A model generated the notes under the pieces. That model had not been told where the DNA came from and searched no databases. It worked only from the letters and a program-made list of their open reading frames with translations. The translations under genes were made by a program, and so were the position numbers. A stretch of DNA of 12,437 nucleotides. Source: Calditrichia bacterium (GTDB lineage Bacteria; Calditrichota; Calditrichia; RBG-13-44-9). Of this stretch, positions 8,583 to 12,437 are shown piece after piece. The DNA lies in the NCBI GenBank assembly GCA_037381445.1, contig JARRQT010000242.1, forward strand, positions 1 to 12,437, read 5' to 3'. The stretch's first letter is position 1; the number at the start of each line of letters is the position of its first letter.

Positions 8583-9137
8583 CTACAGACCGAGCTTGTC
8601 GGAAATTCCCTGCATGGCTTTGATGACAAAATCAATATGCTCGTCCAGCGGGACTCCGAGTTCTTCCGCGCCCTGAATGATCTCTTCCCGGTTGACCTGG
8701 CGGGCAAAGGCCTTATCCTTCATCTTTTTCTTCACGGACTTAACCTTCACTTCTTCCAGTTTGCGGCTTGGCCGCACATAAGCCACGGCGGTAATGAATC
8801 CGCACAGTTCATCCACCGCGAAAAGAGTCTTCGCCATCAGCGTATCCCGGGGAACGTTTGAATAGGAGGCGTGGCTCAAGATGGCCCTGATCCATTCCTC
8901 GGGGAATGATTTGCTTCTCAGAATTTCGGCCCCTTTAAATGGATGCTCCTCGGCGCTGGGATATCTTTCGTAATCAAAATCGTGCAGCAGTCCGACGATT
9001 CCCCACGCTTCTTCATCCTCCCCAAATTTTTTTGCATATGCCCGCATGGCGGCTTCCACTGACAGGGCGTGAGCGATCAGCCCCTCTTTACTGGTATATT
9101 CGGTTAATAACTCAAATGCCTCTTTTCTGGTAATCAT
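8583..9137 (-). CDS. HD-superfamily metal-dependent phosphohydrolase (HDIG / COG2316-like)
   Basis: AHALSVEAAM, GLLHDFDYE, HP..G, ILSHA, LFAVDELCG and KKMKDKAFA motifs. Start reassigned to ATG at 9137 (MITRKEA, preceded by GGGGAA) because the longer ORF from 9278 overlaps the antiporter gene. Confidence 0.88.
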   Translation of the reverse strand: MITRKEAFELLTEYTSKEGLIAHALSVEAAMRAYAKKFGEDEEAWGIVGLLHDFDYERYPSAEEHPFKGAEILRSKSFPEEWIRAILSHASYSNVPRDTLMAKTLFAVDELCGFITAVAYVRPSRKLEEVKVKSVKKKMKDKAFARQVNREEIIQGAEELGVPLDEHIDFVIKAMQGISDKLGL

Positions 9138-9178
9138 GATTTCCCCATATGGTTGATTCTTTAACTTCTGTCCAAAAG

Positions 9179-10141
9179 TCAGACGCTGTAGGTCAATCCC
9201 AAAAACAGCGCATAAGTCGAAAGCAGCAGGATGCCCTCCCACCGGTAGATTCTCCAGCGGATTCGCATCAGCGGCCACAATAAGACGGAGATTCCCAGCA
9301 AGAATGGAAACTGTATCGAAAAAAGAGACTGTTCAATGGGGATGGGCCGGATGAGAGGGACCATGCCGCCAATGAAAAGCAGATTGAAGATATTGCTTCC
9401 CACCACGTTGCCCACCACAATATCGGTTTCCTTGTGCATTACGCCCACAATTGTTGTGGCAAGTTCCGGCAGGGAAGTGCCCACCGCAATCAGCGTTAAT
9501 CCGATGACCGTATCACTGACTCCCAGGGTGCGGGCGATTTGAGTGCCCGAATCCACTGTGATTTTGGACCCGATGATCAGAATAATAATGCCTGCTGTTG
9601 AAAGGAGCAGCAGAACTGCTTTTTTGGAGATGGGCAAATGCCGGACCGTCTCTCCCTTCATTTCCTGCAGTTCTTTGAAATCCTGCATCTGCAGCAGTGA
9701 GGCGCGGGAAAGATATCCCAGGAACGTGACGAGGAAGAGCAGCAGCACGATCCCTTCCAGACGGGAAATGATATACCCGGTGCGGCAGAAAATGATGAAA
9801 ACAATGGTGAAAAAAAGCATGGCCGGGACTTCTTTCTTAACCCACGATTTTTTGACTTCCAGTTGGGAAAGCAGGCCGCCTATGCCTAAAATCAGGCCGA
9901 TATTGGCGATGTTGGAACCGATAATGTTGCCGATGGATATGCCCATGGTGTTCTGAATGGCGGCCATCAGGCTGACCACAAATTCCGGGAGCGAAGTTCC
10001 GATGGAAACCACCGTCAGACCGATGATGACGGGACTGACACCCAGGGAGCGGGCAAATTTGGAGGAGTTTTTGATTAATAATTCCGCTCCCACCCATAGC
10101 AATGCGAGTCCGAATGCCAGAATGAAAAAGTTAAGTATCAT
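9179..10141 (-). CDS. Calcium/sodium antiporter, YrbG-like (CaCA superfamily)
   Basis: 320-aa membrane protein with two alpha-repeats: IGLTVVSIGTSLPE...GNIIGSNIAN and IGLTLIAVGTSLPE...GNVVGSNIFN. Confidence 0.93.
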   Translation of the reverse strand: MILNFFILAFGLALLWVGAELLIKNSSKFARSLGVSPVIIGLTVVSIGTSLPEFVVSLMAAIQNTMGISIGNIIGSNIANIGLILGIGGLLSQLEVKKSWVKKEVPAMLFFTIVFIIFCRTGYIISRLEGIVLLLFLVTFLGYLSRASLLQMQDFKELQEMKGETVRHLPISKKAVLLLLSTAGIIILIIGSKITVDSGTQIARTLGVSDTVIGLTLIAVGTSLPELATTIVGVMHKETDIVVGNVVGSNIFNLLFIGGMVPLIRPIPIEQSLFSIQFPFLLGISVLLWPLMRIRWRIYRWEGILLLSTYALFLGLTYSV

Positions 10142-10194
10142 GGAAATGGAAAGTTTTTCCTTTCAGCGTGTTATTGGGGGACGGATATTTCATA

Positions 10195-10956
10195 TCAGAA
10201 TTCGTAAATTCTGGAAACTGTTTTCTGCTCGATCACATCCACGATATCGGAAAATCCGGGGCCGATGTATTCCAGAACGGTTTCTCTGGCCAGCTCCGAT
10301 ATGTTATTTTCCTCGCTGAGATGGCCCAGCAGGATTTGCCGCACCTTGCCGTTCAGAATATTTTTGATGAGCAGACCGGTATCGTGGTTGGAAAGATGTC
10401 CCACCCGGCTGGCGATTCTCTCCTTCAGTTCCCAGGGATACGGTCCTTTCATGAGCATATCGGGATCGTGATTGCTCTCTATCACCAGGAATTCAGCCAG
10501 TTTCAGGTGATCGGTCACTTCGCTGGTCACGACCCCTAGGTCGGTGCATACCGCCAGCCGGCGGGTGCCAGACATGATGAGGTAGCCAACGGTCGGAAAG
10601 GAATCATGAGAAACCCGGAACGGGGTAAAATGAATATCTTTTATGGAAAACGGCTGAGTCCAGGGGATAACCGGTTCATTCTTGCTGAACAGGTACGTTA
10701 TTTCATCCAGCGTCTCCGCATGACCGTGGATGGATGTCCCGAATTTCCGGGAGAACACACCCGCTCCCCGCACATGATCACGGTGCGCATGGGTTATTAC
10801 TACCGCGTCAATGGTTTTAGGATCGACCTCAATGGATTCCAGACGCTGCCGGATTTGCATGGCGCTCAATCCGATATCGACAAGCACCCGCGCGTTGGAA
10901 GATTCAATAAAGAGTGAATTACCTTTGCTGCCGCTGGAGAGAGAACATATTTTCAT
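10195..10956 (-). CDS. MBL-fold metallo-hydrolase, YycJ/WalJ-like
   Basis: SLSSGSKGN, LVDIG, THAHRDH (HxHxDH), VSHD, TDLG, ESNHD...YPWELKERI...GHLSN and LGHLSEENN motifs. Confidence 0.9.
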   Translation of the reverse strand: MKICSLSSGSKGNSLFIESSNARVLVDIGLSAMQIRQRLESIEVDPKTIDAVVITHAHRDHVRGAGVFSRKFGTSIHGHAETLDEITYLFSKNEPVIPWTQPFSIKDIHFTPFRVSHDSFPTVGYLIMSGTRRLAVCTDLGVVTSEVTDHLKLAEFLVIESNHDPDMLMKGPYPWELKERIASRVGHLSNHDTGLLIKNILNGKVRQILLGHLSEENNISELARETVLEYIGPGFSDIVDVIEQKTVSRIYEF

Positions 10957-11042
10957 AGTCTGACTAAATCTGTATTAATAAGTGTTATTTCCGGTTGATT
11001 GGCCCGGGGAGTGCCTGCCAGCAATTTCTTCCCGTCTGCCAT
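10953..11042 (-). CDS. Candidate 29-aa small ORF overlapping the MBL hydrolase start (ATGA)
   Basis: Translates as MADGKKLLAGTPRANQPEITLINTDLVRL*. It fills most of the pyrE-MBL spacer and its TGA overlaps the downstream ATG. No SD and no recognisable homology. Confidence 0.25.
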   Translation of the reverse strand: MADGKKLLAGTPRANQPEITLINTDLVRL

Positions 11043-11059
11043 AATATTTTGTTTTTTGT

Positions 11060-11638
11060 CTAACTGTTTTCCCTGCTGCCGGGTTTGACGAGGGGAATAT
11101 TCTGGCTGCACAGCGGGCATTTGTCCGCTTCATAGGTGATGGCCTTAACCTGCACGGAAGCAAACATGGGAATATCGAATTTAACTTTGCCGTCGCTGCG
11201 GTCCACAATCACACCCACGCCCACCGGAAAACCGCCGGCATCCTCTACCAGATCAATCACTTCCTGCACCGATCCGCCGGTGGTAATCACATCTTCGCAG
11301 ATCAGCACTTTTTCGCGGGGTGCGATCACGAAGCCCCTTCTCAGTTTCATCTTCCCGTTTTCCCGCTCCGCGAATACAGAACGGGTCCCCAGCAGGCGGC
11401 CGATTTCCTGGGCAACCACAATGCCGCCCACCGCCGGCGCGATCACCACATCGATGTCTTCTTCCTCCTGAAAGAAATCGACGATTTCACGACAAAACTC
11501 CTCCAGGTAGCGGGGATATTGCATGACCATGGCGCACTGAAAATACTGCGGGCTGTGCAAACCGGAAGTCAGCAGAAAATGGCCGTTTTGCAGGGCGCCG
11601 GTTTCTTCAAATATGCGAAGTGCTTCTTTTCTTTCCAT
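11060..11638 (-). CDS. pyrE: Orotate phosphoribosyltransferase
   Basis: GALQNGHFLLTSGLHS, PAVGGI, FAER, PRPP-binding VLICEDVITTGGS, IVDRS, C-terminal CPLC..KPGSR. Lies 6 nt downstream of pyrF. Confidence 0.95.
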   Translation of the reverse strand: MERKEALRIFEETGALQNGHFLLTSGLHSPQYFQCAMVMQYPRYLEEFCREIVDFFQEEEDIDVVIAPAVGGIVVAQEIGRLLGTRSVFAERENGKMKLRRGFVIAPREKVLICEDVITTGGSVQEVIDLVEDAGGFPVGVGVIVDRSDGKVKFDIPMFASVQVKAITYEADKCPLCSQNIPLVKPGSRENS

Positions 11639-11644
11639 GGTTGT

Positions 11645-12436
11645 TTACCCTCTGTCGGATTGGCTTTTGGTTTTCAACTGCCTCATTTCATTGATGCGGT
11701 TCTGCAGCTCCCGCGCCGCCGATTCTGAGGCTGCGGCGAAATCGGGGCCATCCGAGGCGTAAATGATACCCCGGCTGGAGTTAATCAGTGCGCAGCGCCC
11801 GTTCTCATCTGTTCCAAACTGAACCGCCATTGCAAGGTTCCCTCCCTGTGCACCGATGCCCGGAATCAGAAGGGGAAGGTTGGGAGCAATTTCCCGGATG
11901 CTGCTTAAATCCTCCGGATGGGTAGCGCCTGCCACCAGTCCGCAATTGCCGTATTCCAGATTCCAGAGGGCGGCCTTGCGGGCCACATGCAAATATAAGG
12001 GTTCGGAATCGATGTTCAAATATTGAAAATCCTGCGAACCCTTGTTGCTGGTCAGGCACAGAATGAATACGCCGCGGTCCGAGAATTCCAGAAACGGGGA
12101 GAGGGAATCCGTCCCCATATAGGGCGAAACCGTAACTGCATCAAACTGGTAGGTTTCAAAAAAGGTTTCCGCGTATTTGCGGGAAGTATTCCCGATATCG
12201 GCCCGTTTGGCATCGGCGATTAGCACGGTATGGCCGGGCAGCAATTTCAGGGTTTTTTCCAGCAGGCGCCAGCCGGCCACGCCCAGCGCTTCATAGAAGG
12301 CGATGTTGATTTTATAGGCCGCAGCATAGTCCGAAGTCGCCTGGATAATCTCCCGGTTGAAGATCAGAAGCGGGTCATTTTCGCTCAGCAGAAATTTCGG
12401 GATGCGCTCCAGGTCCGTATCCAGGCCGACACAGAG
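11645..12436 (-). CDS. pyrF: Orotidine-5'-phosphate decarboxylase (type 2 subfamily), 5' end outside window
   Basis: The frame stays open to the window edge and reads LCVGLDTD...YKINIAFYEALG upstream of the tracked ORF. Contains catalytic DAKRADIGNT, TVSPYMG, LTSN, VAGAT, LIPGIGAQGG and NSSRGII. Confidence 0.95.
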   Translation of the reverse strand, partial: LCVGLDTDLERIPKFLLSENDPLLIFNREIIQATSDYAAAYKINIAFYEALGVAGWRLLEKTLKLLPGHTVLIADAKRADIGNTSRKYAETFFETYQFDAVTVSPYMGTDSLSPFLEFSDRGVFILCLTSNKGSQDFQYLNIDSEPLYLHVARKAALWNLEYGNCGLVAGATHPEDLSSIREIAPNLPLLIPGIGAQGGNLAMAVQFGTDENGRCALINSSRGIIYASDGPDFAAASESAARELQNRINEMRQLKTKSQSDRG

Positions 12437-12437
12437 C

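Noticed and set aside
9138..9278. 47-aa N-terminal extension of the HD protein in the ORF track
   Set aside because: It overlaps the antiporter 3' end, and the family-like sequence begins at MITRKEA (9137).

Overview
Core-genome-like bacterial window with no mobile element, CRISPR array or prophage. The + strand carries a C4 zinc-ribbon coiled-coil gene, the RNase P RNA gene rnpB (about 784-1240), a class I SAM methyltransferase, a MATE transporter, a large SNF2-family helicase and a REC-HisKA-HATPase hybrid kinase. Converging on these from the - strand is a probable operon: pyrF (5'-truncated), pyrE, a YycJ/WalJ-like metallo-beta-lactamase-fold hydrolase, a YrbG-like Ca/Na antiporter and an HD hydrolase. 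The most unusual element is the RNase P RNA. By hand-folding against the E. coli type A model, it lacks P18 (a trait known from Chlorobi), has two extra hairpins inside P14 and two at the P16/P17 junction, a long AU-rich P12, and co-extended P1 and P9. Weaker leads are anomalous 5' ends of the SNF2 and kinase genes, a 29-aa ORF coupled to the hydrolase start, and structured intergenic stretches. All RNA structures are manual pairings, not computed folds. I found no clear novel multi-gene system.
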